Source: Candidatus Bathyarchaeia archaeon
GTDB lineage: Bacteria > Patescibacteriota > Minisyncoccia > Moranbacterales > UBA11712
Direction of reading: 5' to 3'
Assembly (NCBI GenBank): GCA_035297345.1
Contig: DATGZC010000033.1
Coordinates: 1 to 40,059 of the forward strand
DNA length: 40,059 bases
Shown: piece by piece, positions 15,932-23,557 of the stretch
How positions within the stretch are numbered: position 1 is the stretch's first letter
Layout of the letters: each line of letters begins with the position of its first letter
Program-made: the position numbers and the translations under genes
Notes under the pieces: model-generated
Database searches by the model: none
What the model saw: the letters and a program-made list of their open reading frames with translations, nothing else
Told to the model about the DNA's origin: nothing

Positions 15932-17614
15932 ATGATCAAGTTAAAAATGAAGGAATTGGCTAAAAAGTTGAACAAATCAATCTCTGATATATCTCGCGAA
16001 ACGGGGCTCAACCGCAACAGTGTGACAGCTTTATTTCATGGCAAAGTGGACGGAATCAAGTTCGACACTCTTGAAAAAATATGTTCCATCTATGAAGTGA
16101 GTATCAGCGACGTGCTGGAAATCCTCGAAGAAAAAAAGAAAAACAATGAAGAGAAATTATACCGACAAGAGGGCGCCATGGTTCCGTTCACGGGTTGGCC
16201 GCCGTTTTTTGCTCTCAATGATGTGCCAAAAAAGTATTTCGGCGATAATTTTGGAAAAGGCTATTGGTATGGGAAAAAAGATTACATGTATGCCTACTGG
16301 AATTATGATCAAATGAACAAAATTTCAAACTATATGCTCGGAAAATATTATCAGCCGAAGCAAATTGATGGCCTGTTTAAGATTTATTCGGAATATTCAT
16401 TAGACGTCGAAAATATTTATTACAGCTGCAGTGCGAAAAAGATATCCGAAATGGACAGTGAAGAACTGAAATTTTATTTCAACGGGCTCAAGAGCACTCT
16501 TCATAAATTCTGGCAATATTGCATCTTCATTGACGGTTTCGACATAGGGGTCGATTACGAAAAAATCCAAGAAGTGGCCAAAAAATACAAATTAAGCACT
16601 GATGAGATAGGCATTTTGACTACTCCCTATGAAATGACATTTGGAAATGAAAGAAGTTTGACATTGTTTGAGATTATCAAGAAGTTAAAACGAAAAAAAA
16701 TTGATCAAAAAAATATAGATGCTGTTTTAGCTGGATTTATTAAGGACAATCCCATAATCGAAAAATACAAGCTTGATTTCGATTACTATAAATCAAATTA
16801 TGCTCACATAGAACACATCGAAGATGGGGAAATAACAAGAGAGATCAAAAAATATCTGGCCGATCCGGATCTGTTTCAGAAAGAATATGAAAAATTATCT
16901 GACTACGCAAAAAATCAGAAAAAGAAAGTCGCAACAATACTAAAAGCGCATAAGCTGAAGGTCAATCCATTGTATTTTTTTGCCAAGCTCACTTATTGGA
17001 GAGAGCACCGAAAAAAAATAAATCTTATGTCTATTCATGTTCTGAACGCAATCCTCGACTCGCTTGAGATATGGACAGGCATACCAAAAAAATATTTAGG
17101 TTATTTGAGTTTCGATGAGTTTGAAATCACTCTCAAGGGACTGATGAGTATTGATGTTCTGCACAAGAGGCGGGACAAAGGAATGGTCATTATTCTTCCG
17201 GAAGACGGCAGCTACAAGATCCTTGAAGGCCGAGAAGCGCAGTCTTTGAGGGATGAAGTGGAAGAAAAACTTGGAAAAAAAGACAAGGGGCAGGATATTA
17301 TTGCGGGTAAAGTGGCTTCGCAGGGATACGCAAAGGGAACAGCCAGGATCATTGCTGACAGAAAAGACTTCGACAAGTTTCAAGAAGGTGACATTCTGGT
17401 CACGGGGATGACGCGGCCCGAGTTCGTCCCGCTAATGAAAAAAGCGGCGGCTATTGTCACAAATGAGGGCGGAATAACCTGTCACGCAGCCATCGTTTCT
17501 CGAGAGCTTGGGAAACCGTGTATTATTGGAACCAAGTTTGCAACAGAGGTCATTAAAGACGGCGATCTGGTGGAAGTGAGAGCCAATCACGGCACCGTGA
17601 GAATCATTAGATAG
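15932..17614 (+). CDS. XRE-type HTH plus an unassigned ~380-aa central region plus a PEP-utilising-enzyme mobile (swivel phosphohistidine) domain
   Basis: N-terminus: LKMKELAKKLNKSISDISRETGLNRNSVTALFHGK (HTH). C-terminus: GKVASQGYAKGTARII...GDILVTGMTRPEFVPLMKKAAAIVTNEGGITCHAAIVSRELGKPCIIG. The catalytic His codon is at 17483-17485. Confidence 0.8.
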   Translation: MIKLKMKELAKKLNKSISDISRETGLNRNSVTALFHGKVDGIKFDTLEKICSIYEVSISDVLEILEEKKKNNEEKLYRQEGAMVPFTGWPPFFALNDVPKKYFGDNFGKGYWYGKKDYMYAYWNYDQMNKISNYMLGKYYQPKQIDGLFKIYSEYSLDVENIYYSCSAKKISEMDSEELKFYFNGLKSTLHKFWQYCIFIDGFDIGVDYEKIQEVAKKYKLSTDEIGILTTPYEMTFGNERSLTLFEIIKKLKRKKIDQKNIDAVLAGFIKDNPIIEKYKLDFDYYKSNYAHIEHIEDGEITREIKKYLADPDLFQKEYEKLSDYAKNQKKKVATILKAHKLKVNPLYFFAKLTYWREHRKKINLMSIHVLNAILDSLEIWTGIPKKYLGYLSFDEFEITLKGLMSIDVLHKRRDKGMVIILPEDGSYKILEGREAQSLRDEVEEKLGKKDKGQDIIAGKVASQGYAKGTARIIADRKDFDKFQEGDILVTGMTRPEFVPLMKKAAAIVTNEGGITCHAAIVSRELGKPCIIGTKFATEVIKDGDLVEVRANHGTVRIIR

Positions 17615-17625
17615 CAAAAAAATTT

Positions 17626-18219
17626 ATGAAGATCAACGAGCTCCCGGAAAAATACAATAAGCTCTGGAGAAAATGTCAGCCAGTTCTGAAGCAGGGAAGG
17701 CACGGCGATATCGATCACGCCAAGGAAGTGACGGTGCTTGTGCTCAACTATCAAGGAAAACTTGCAATCGACAAAGATGTTCTCGTTCCTGTCGCCATGA
17801 TGCATGATATCGGACATGCGGCTATCTTGCCGGAGCATTTTTTCATGATTACCGGTCCTAAAAAGTTGGTCAATGGGAAATTGGTGCATATGCTGGCGGG
17901 AGCAAAAATTGCAGGGGACTTATTACAATCAGTGAGTTATAATAAGGCTAAGGCGGCCGAAATTGTGGATATAATCTCAATGCATGATTCGGACCAACTC
18001 AAAAACGTGGATATTCAAGAGGTCTACAACACGGTTAACAAAAAGTTTTTTCACGACGTTGATTCACTCGATCGTTATACGAAAAAAAGGCTAGAGAAGG
18101 CTAGGAAAGTCTGGACGAACAAAAAAGAAATCGAGCGGATTCTGAAAAAATTCTTGAATCTTTTTTTCTTTGATGAATTCAGACAAATTGCCGAAAAGAG
18201 AATAGCAGAAATTTTTTAG
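17626..18219 (+). CDS. HD-domain phosphohydrolase
   Basis: H...MMHDIGHA...H...MHDSD...D spacing matches the HD superfamily. It lies 11 nt after the upstream gene. Confidence 0.75.
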   Translation: MKINELPEKYNKLWRKCQPVLKQGRHGDIDHAKEVTVLVLNYQGKLAIDKDVLVPVAMMHDIGHAAILPEHFFMITGPKKLVNGKLVHMLAGAKIAGDLLQSVSYNKAKAAEIVDIISMHDSDQLKNVDIQEVYNTVNKKFFHDVDSLDRYTKKRLEKARKVWTNKKEIERILKKFLNLFFFDEFRQIAEKRIAEIF

Positions 18220-18224
18220 AACCT

Positions 18225-19157
18225 ATGACGAGAGGATTCAAAAATTTATCAATGAAGGATATTTGCCTGGCAGGCGGAAAGGGCGCGTCATTGGGACAAA
18301 TGACGCAACTAAATATCCCCGTTCCGCCGGGCTTTGTTGTCCTGGCGCCAGCTTTTGACCACTTCTTGGAAGAAACAGATCTCAACGTTGAGATCAAGGC
18401 AAGACTTGCGAAAATCAACGTCCAAGATTTGAATTCCGTTGACCGGGCATCAAACGAGATCATGGGCATTATTTACAACGCGAATTTTCCAAAAGATATC
18501 GAGCGGGAAATATTGAAAGAATACAAAAAACTCAAGGCTTCCTTCGTTGCGGTCAGGTCTTCAGCCACAGCCGAAGATTCCTCGGTCGCATCGTGGGCGG
18601 GAGAACTGGAAAGCTATCTCAATACCACAAAAGCGGATCTTCTTGAAAATATAAAAAAGTGCTGGGCTTCCTTGTTCACCCCGCGGGCCATATTTTATCG
18701 CTTTGAGAAAGGTTTGGAAAATGACAAGGTTTCTGTGGCGGTGGTGGTCCAAAAAATGATCCAATCTGAGGTGTCTGGAATATGCTTCACGGTTCACCCC
18801 ATAACCAAAGACAAAAATCAAATGATAATCGAAGCGGGATATGGACTGGGTGAAGCTATCGTTGGCGGGGAAATAACGCCGGATAGCTATGTCGTTGAAA
18901 AGGACACAAAGAATATCTTGGACAAAAATATATCCGAACAAGGGACTATGATTTCCCGGGCAGCCAATGGCAACAAAAAAATCCCAGTTGCAAAAAAAAG
19001 GCGGGGACTTCAGAAATTATCCGACGAAAGAATAAAAGAGCTGGCCGATATATGTTTCATCATCGAGAAAAGTTATAACTATCCTCAAGATATTGAATGG
19101 GCGTTTGAAAAGGGAAAGTTTTTTATCGTGCAATCGAGACCGATAACGACGCTGTGA
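18225..19157 (+). CDS. Stand-alone PEP/pyruvate-binding ATP-grasp module (PPDK_N; N-terminal domain of PEP synthase/RPH type)
   Basis: GGKGASLGQM...IPVPPGFVV...VAVRSSATAEDS...SWAGE...VAVVVQKM...SGICFT.HP...EAGYGLGEAIVGG...DIEWAF..GKFFIVQSRPIT. The protein ends where the next domain would begin in single-chain enzymes. Confidence 0.85.
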   Translation: MTRGFKNLSMKDICLAGGKGASLGQMTQLNIPVPPGFVVLAPAFDHFLEETDLNVEIKARLAKINVQDLNSVDRASNEIMGIIYNANFPKDIEREILKEYKKLKASFVAVRSSATAEDSSVASWAGELESYLNTTKADLLENIKKCWASLFTPRAIFYRFEKGLENDKVSVAVVVQKMIQSEVSGICFTVHPITKDKNQMIIEAGYGLGEAIVGGEITPDSYVVEKDTKNILDKNISEQGTMISRAANGNKKIPVAKKRRGLQKLSDERIKELADICFIIEKSYNYPQDIEWAFEKGKFFIVQSRPITTL

Positions 19158-19183
19158 TCGCGAAATTTTTTTTGGATATAAAA

Positions 19184-19213
19184 AAGGATGGCGAGAGTCA
19201 TCCTTTTGTGTTT
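19184..19213 (+). terminator. Rho-independent terminator of the island operon
   Basis: AAGGATG (19184-19190) pairs with CATCCTT (19199-19205), followed by TTGTGTTT. Confidence 0.55.
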
Positions 19214-19361
19214 GGCATTCTGACTTCCGGCAAATTGTCCCAAATGAGTTCGAAAATCAGCTTCATCGTATTATATATCTCCGTGCTTTCGATGACAAGA
19301 CCCAGCCCCAGCACCAAAAAACTTTGGTGCATGGGTAAAAATCGCTCGGGTTTTTTGTTTT

Positions 19362-19397
19362 CACCTCACCCCAGCCCTCTCCTTATAAAGGAGAGGG
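19362..19397 (+). repeat. Diverged half-copy of the 111-bp element (3' hairpin arm)
   Basis: CACCTCACCCCAGCCCTCTCCTTATAAAGGAGAGGG compares with CACCTCCCCCTGCCCCCTCCTCAACTGAGGAGGGG of the full copies. The hairpin is retained through changes on both arms. Confidence 0.5.
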
Positions 19398-19402
19398 AAT
19401 TT

Positions 19403-19926
19403 TTATTTCTTCTTCCGATCCCGGAAGCCGATGATTTTGGCGGGTTCTTTTCGGTGGACTTCCAGAAGCCTTCGGATTGCGTCAAATACAGCCACAAATC
19501 TTTTGTCATATTTTCTTTCCATCGCCTCTATTTTCAGGCGCAATTGACGATTGCTGATAATCATCTCTCTCAACCTGACAAAAGTTTTTATAATTTGAAT
19601 GTTGACTTGAATGGCACGCTTGCTGTTCAAAACACCTGAAAGCATTGCGACGCCGTACTCAGTGAAAACATATGGCAAATATTTGAATGTCGGCCTTTCT
19701 CTAAGATTCCAATTTGGAATCTTAGAGAACCATATTCTTGCTTGGAAAGCTGAAACATGAATTATTCAGGGAAGCGCTCAGTGTTTCTCTTTACTGCTTT
19801 ATTGAAATTTCCAGTCGTAATTTCATATAAAATGGCCAGATCTCGATCTAGCATAACTTTCTTGCCTCGAATCAAATAAATTTTGTTTTCAATTATTTCT
19901 TGGGGGATCAATGTTGTGTTTTTCAT
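19403..19926 (-). pseudogene. ORF6N (KilA-N-related) domain gene, inactivated
   Basis: The N-terminal part MKNTTLIPQEIIENKIYLIRGKKVMLDRDLAILYEITTGNFNKAVKRNTERFPE ends at an in-frame TAA (19764-19762), where homologues have PEDFMFQL. A 1-nt frameshift in an A-run near 19682-19684 then precedes ...KYLPYVFTEYGVAMLSGVLNSKRAIQVNIQII. Confidence 0.7.
19697..19729. repeat. Perfect 15-bp-stem palindrome inside ORF6N copy 1
   Basis: TTCTCTAAGATTCCA, ATT loop, TGGAATCTTAGAGAA. Confidence 0.9.
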
Positions 19927-19943
19927 CTTTATGTCTTTACTAT

Positions 19944-20264
19944 TTATTTCCTCTTTCGATCCCGGGAGCCGACGATTTTTGCGGGTTCAATGGCGTCTTT
20001 TTCTATGAGGCGCTTGATGGCGTCGAAGACGACTCGGAATCGGCCGTCGTATTTTCGTTCCATTTTCTCGATCTTTTCTCGCAGCGCTTTGTTGCTCACA
20101 ATCATCTCGCGGATCTTTGTGAAAGTGCGCATAATTTGGATGTTCACCCGAATGGCTTGTTTGCTTTTGAGTACCGACGAAAGCATAGCTACGCCTTGTT
20201 CCGTGAAAACGTAGGGCAATTTTCTAGTACCGCCCCAACTTGATGTTCCAAATTGGAACATCAA
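19944..20264 (-). pseudogene. 5'-truncated ORF6N domain gene (C-terminal ~106 codons only)
   Basis: (L)[47 protein letters not shown]... lacks the whole N-terminal DNA-binding half. It begins 6 nt after the stop of the upstream gene. Confidence 0.65.
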
Positions 20265-20265
20265 G
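20239..20265. repeat. Perfect 12-bp-stem palindrome at the truncation point of ORF6N copy 2
   Basis: CTTGATGTTCCA, AAT loop, TGGAACATCAAG. It lies 5 nt downstream (minus strand) of the stop codon at 20271-20273. Confidence 0.9.
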
Positions 20266-20270
20266 GGTTT

Positions 20271-22226
20271 TCAGATCGAAGAAATAAGAAGATAATCCAG
20301 CGATGCGGTAGTATTTTTCAATGGGCAATAGTCTATTTCTTTATTTTGTGATTTCAAGAATCCGATGTCGCTCAAAAAGATGAAAGCGTCTTCAGAAGAG
20401 AAATTTGATTCGTATTGTGCGGAAGCAGCGGTTTCATTTTCGTCGCTGGCGCCGAGAATTTCACCCGTTGCATCTGGATCACTGGCTTCTGCGGCTTCGA
20501 TTTCTCCGGTCGGGTCGTCGATGATTTCAATTTGTTCCTCGGAATCATCGGCGATTTCTTCTGCGCCCGGTGATACCCACTGCCAGTGTCCGCTGATTTT
20601 TACGTAAGCTTCATCGTCGGGGATTTTTTCTTTTGAGTATTCCACTGCGTCCAGCATTTTTCCGTCAGACATCACCAGCTCCACTTTTCCCGCCTTGTTG
20701 TTGAGGGAAAATTTGGAAAATTCGCGGGTGATGGTCTTGGCTTCGTTCGGTCCGAGCGTGAATTCGCCGCTGATTGGGTGATTATACATTTTTTCGCCCG
20801 AGCCGGTCGCGATTTTCCAGCCGTTGAGATCAACTTTTTTCGTTGAATTGTTTTTCACGTCAATAATTTCTCCCTCCGTATCCGCTCCGGCGGGATTGGG
20901 GACAATTTTCACGAGCTCGAGATCGGGCCGGGGACTGTTTTTCACAATGACAGCGAAATTTTTTTCAACTGTTTGCGAATCGTCTGTGACCGCGAGCGTC
21001 ACCGTATATTTTCCCGTGTCGAGATATTTGTGCGAAGTATTTTTTAAATAGCTCTTCTTCCCGTCGCCGAAATCCCAGGTGTATTTCAACTTCTTCGTTT
21101 CTTCGTCTTTGGCTTTGGCGCTAAATTTGGAGAGGATATTTTTGTAGACGTTTTTGGGTTTTTCGATTTTTACGACCGGCTCCGAATCGTACTTGTTTTT
21201 TTCTCCGGGCGTCAGATATTTGCTCCATTTCCAAACTTCCCCGTCGAAATTATATGAAGAGCTATTGATTGATTTTTCCCAAGAAACGCTCGAGGCGGTT
21301 TTGCCTTGCGGGTTGGACAAAGTCACTGATTCTTTGGAGTTGTTTAGCGTTATTTTCGAATCGGGGCGAAAGACCGCCAAGTATTCGCCGGGATTCAGGA
21401 GTGTATGGACCTTGAATTGATAGCCCTTGCCTTTTGAAGCGTCTTTTAGCTTCCAGCCGAACAAGTCAACAGCATCTTCCCCGCCGTTTGCGATCTCGAT
21501 ATATTCTTCATCGGATTCGGTTTTCGGATTGGGGAAGATTTCATTGAGATATATCTTGTCAGAAAGAGAATAGCTGTCATCAGCTGCTGTGCTCGTATTT
21601 CCAACGGGTTTTGATTCTGCGGCAGGTGTATTGTTATTTGCTGCCGGTAGAGTTGGCTCCGGCGGACATTCATTTCCAATTTTTCCCGGCGTTCCACTAG
21701 CCTCGCAGCTTTCCTCCCAGTCGGAACCATTTTCGATTCTTTCCAGGCTATAGTTCTGTTTTGGATCCGGAAGCGGGAAATCGCATTTTGTCGACTTTCC
21801 CCAGCAAATCGAATCGACCACATTCAAATCTTTCGTGGCGGAGGTGCTTATATAAACGGCGCCATTTGAAACCAGGGCTGCTGAATATGTCGCGCCAATG
21901 GCAATCTCGCTATGATTGTTGCGAAAAGAGGCGGAAGCCAGCAAAAGATAGTCCCGCGCTTTGATGATGGAATTCGCTGACGTATAAGTCATGGTTTTTG
22001 AGGTGTCCGCTCCGGTGGAACTGACGATGTGCAATTTTAGCGGCAATGATTTCAAATCGATGTCGGTGGAGGAGGGATTATAGAGCTCGATAAATTCTTC
22101 GTCTGATGAATTTCCGCCGATCAAGACTTCCGAGATTATAAGATGGTCGTCGACGGCCCAGGAGGAATTTGCCAGGAAAAAAAGCACAATGGCTGACAGG
22201 AAGCCCGTAGTGATTGTTTTTTTCAT
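20271..22226 (-). CDS. Secreted lamin-tail-domain (LTD x3) plus PKD-domain protein
   Basis: Signal peptide is present. The three LTD-like segments are IISEVLIGGNSSDEEFIELYNPS, YLNEIFPNPKTESDEEYIEIANGG and IVPNPAGADTEGEIIDVKNNS. The PKD-like segment is YTWDFGDGK...HKYLDTGKYTVTLAVTD. Confidence 0.82.
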   Translation of the reverse strand: MKKTITTGFLSAIVLFFLANSSWAVDDHLIISEVLIGGNSSDEEFIELYNPSSTDIDLKSLPLKLHIVSSTGADTSKTMTYTSANSIIKARDYLLLASASFRNNHSEIAIGATYSAALVSNGAVYISTSATKDLNVVDSICWGKSTKCDFPLPDPKQNYSLERIENGSDWEESCEASGTPGKIGNECPPEPTLPAANNNTPAAESKPVGNTSTAADDSYSLSDKIYLNEIFPNPKTESDEEYIEIANGGEDAVDLFGWKLKDASKGKGYQFKVHTLLNPGEYLAVFRPDSKITLNNSKESVTLSNPQGKTASSVSWEKSINSSSYNFDGEVWKWSKYLTPGEKNKYDSEPVVKIEKPKNVYKNILSKFSAKAKDEETKKLKYTWDFGDGKKSYLKNTSHKYLDTGKYTVTLAVTDDSQTVEKNFAVIVKNSPRPDLELVKIVPNPAGADTEGEIIDVKNNSTKKVDLNGWKIATGSGEKMYNHPISGEFTLGPNEAKTITREFSKFSLNNKAGKVELVMSDGKMLDAVEYSKEKIPDDEAYVKISGHWQWVSPGAEEIADDSEEQIEIIDDPTGEIEAAEASDPDATGEILGASDENETAASAQYESNFSSEDAFIFLSDIGFLKSQNKEIDYCPLKNTTASLDYLLISSI

Positions 22227-22268
22227 AGTTGTTAATATAATATTTAAATTTATTTTTCGATCATAACA

Positions 22269-22300
22269 AAAAAGACCGTAATAAATCCGTATTACGGTCC
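22269..22300 (-). terminator. Rho-independent terminator
   Basis: GACCGTAATA (22275-22284) pairs with TATTACGGTC (22291-22300). The minus-strand T6 corresponds to 22269-22274. Confidence 0.75.
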
Positions 22301-22343
22301 AAAACCCCTAAATTTCCTTAATATATGAGAATTGCAAGAGCCT

Positions 22344-23552
22344 TTATTTGTCCTTGACGCAACGAAAACCGACATCCACGTCCTTATAATCTTTCCGAAA
22401 TCCGCAACGTGTCGCCGCGCGCTGTTCGCTTATGCCGTCGTCATAGGCTCCTCCGCGCAGTGACTTGAAGCCTTTTTCGAAATCTTCCTCGATATACTTG
22501 TCATTTTCCGGGTAGGCGTTGAAATCGTCGGCTGTCCATTCATAAACATTGCCCGCCATATTCAAAATTCCGTACGGGCTCACGCCGAGTTCCGTGCCGA
22601 CGGGGGCCGTATATTTCCAACCGTCTTTTTCGTCATAGCCGTAGCCGCCCGTGCCTTTTCCGTGATTGTCTTTTTTCGGATCCCATATGTTTCCCCAAGG
22701 CCAGTTTCGTCCGTCCGTTCCGCGGGCCGCTTTTTCCCATTCGGCTTCCGTGGGCAATCTCTTGTTCATCCAGCGGCAATAGGCGTCCGCGTCGTTCCAA
22801 TCGACTCCGACCACCGGTTGACTTGGCGCATTGAGCGTGCGGTCGTTCCACAGGGAGGGGGCGGCACGCCCGGTTGCCTCGACGAACATTCGGTAATCTC
22901 CATTCGACGCTTCCTTTTTGTCGATATAATAATCACCGAGCGTGATTTTTCGCCGGGGATATGATGAAATATAGTCCTGCTTCGACCAACCGCCGTCGTT
23001 TTGGCGCCAGGTCTCAAGAATCTCTTCGTCGGTGCTGCCCATGAGAAATTCACCGGCCGGAATCAAAACCATTTCATCTGGCGGCTTGGGAGCGGAGTTC
23101 TGCGGAGTTTCCCGGGCTGAATTTGCCTCGGCCGCTGGGTCAACGGGCCTGTTTTTGCCGCCGAGAGCGAAGATACTGTAGATTATCAGCAATATCACCG
23201 ATGATGAGATGACTATTTTTTCCTTGTTGGAAAATTTTTTCCGCTCTTTTTGGCGCTTCTCGGTTGATACCGGGCCGTCTATTGAATAGATATTGTTTTT
23301 GTAGGCTACGACGTTGCGGCCGATGAGGGAATTTATGCGCCAGCGATATTGCCTTATATGGTCACCCGTGTATTCTTTGGCTCCCGCCGGATCAAAGAAA
23401 TCATTTATGTCAGTCAACGTAATATTTTTCTTGTCGCACAAAAAAACAAGCAAACGATAAGCGTTGCCTGTTAGCGCCAGTTCTTTATCATTTTCATCAA
23501 ATACCTTTTGGCTCGCGGTGTCTAGTTTGAAATATTGATGCTTGAAAGTCAT
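22344..23552 (-). CDS. Membrane-anchored winged-helix (OmpR/CadC/ToxR-type) regulator with extracytoplasmic FGE-sulfatase (SUMF1-like) domain
   Basis: The N-terminus YFKLDTASQKVFDENDKELALTGNAYRLLVFL...IRQYRWRINSLIG is trans_reg_C-like. There is one TM helix (IVISSSVILLIIYSIFALGG). The C-terminus carries GEFLMGS...VVGVDWNDADAYCRWMNKRLPTEAEWEKAARG...GNVYEWT...LRGGAY...GFRCV. Confidence 0.8.
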   Translation of the reverse strand: MTFKHQYFKLDTASQKVFDENDKELALTGNAYRLLVFLCDKKNITLTDINDFFDPAGAKEYTGDHIRQYRWRINSLIGRNVVAYKNNIYSIDGPVSTEKRQKERKKFSNKEKIVISSSVILLIIYSIFALGGKNRPVDPAAEANSARETPQNSAPKPPDEMVLIPAGEFLMGSTDEEILETWRQNDGGWSKQDYISSYPRRKITLGDYYIDKKEASNGDYRMFVEATGRAAPSLWNDRTLNAPSQPVVGVDWNDADAYCRWMNKRLPTEAEWEKAARGTDGRNWPWGNIWDPKKDNHGKGTGGYGYDEKDGWKYTAPVGTELGVSPYGILNMAGNVYEWTADDFNAYPENDKYIEEDFEKGFKSLRGGAYDDGISEQRAATRCGFRKDYKDVDVGFRCVKDK

Positions 23553-23557
23553 TCCCG

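Noticed and set aside
19154-19639. 161-aa plus-strand ORF downstream of the island operon
   Set aside because: It starts at a GTG overlapping the operon stop, runs through the terminator hairpins, and lies antisense to the ORF6N remnant. Its sequence is low-complexity and shadow-like.
19762-19764. In-frame TAA in ORF6N copy 1 as stop-codon reassignment or programmed readthrough
   Set aside because: TAA, TGA and TAG all terminate well-conserved genes in this window at the expected positions. The same gene also carries a frameshift, so simple decay is the parsimonious reading.
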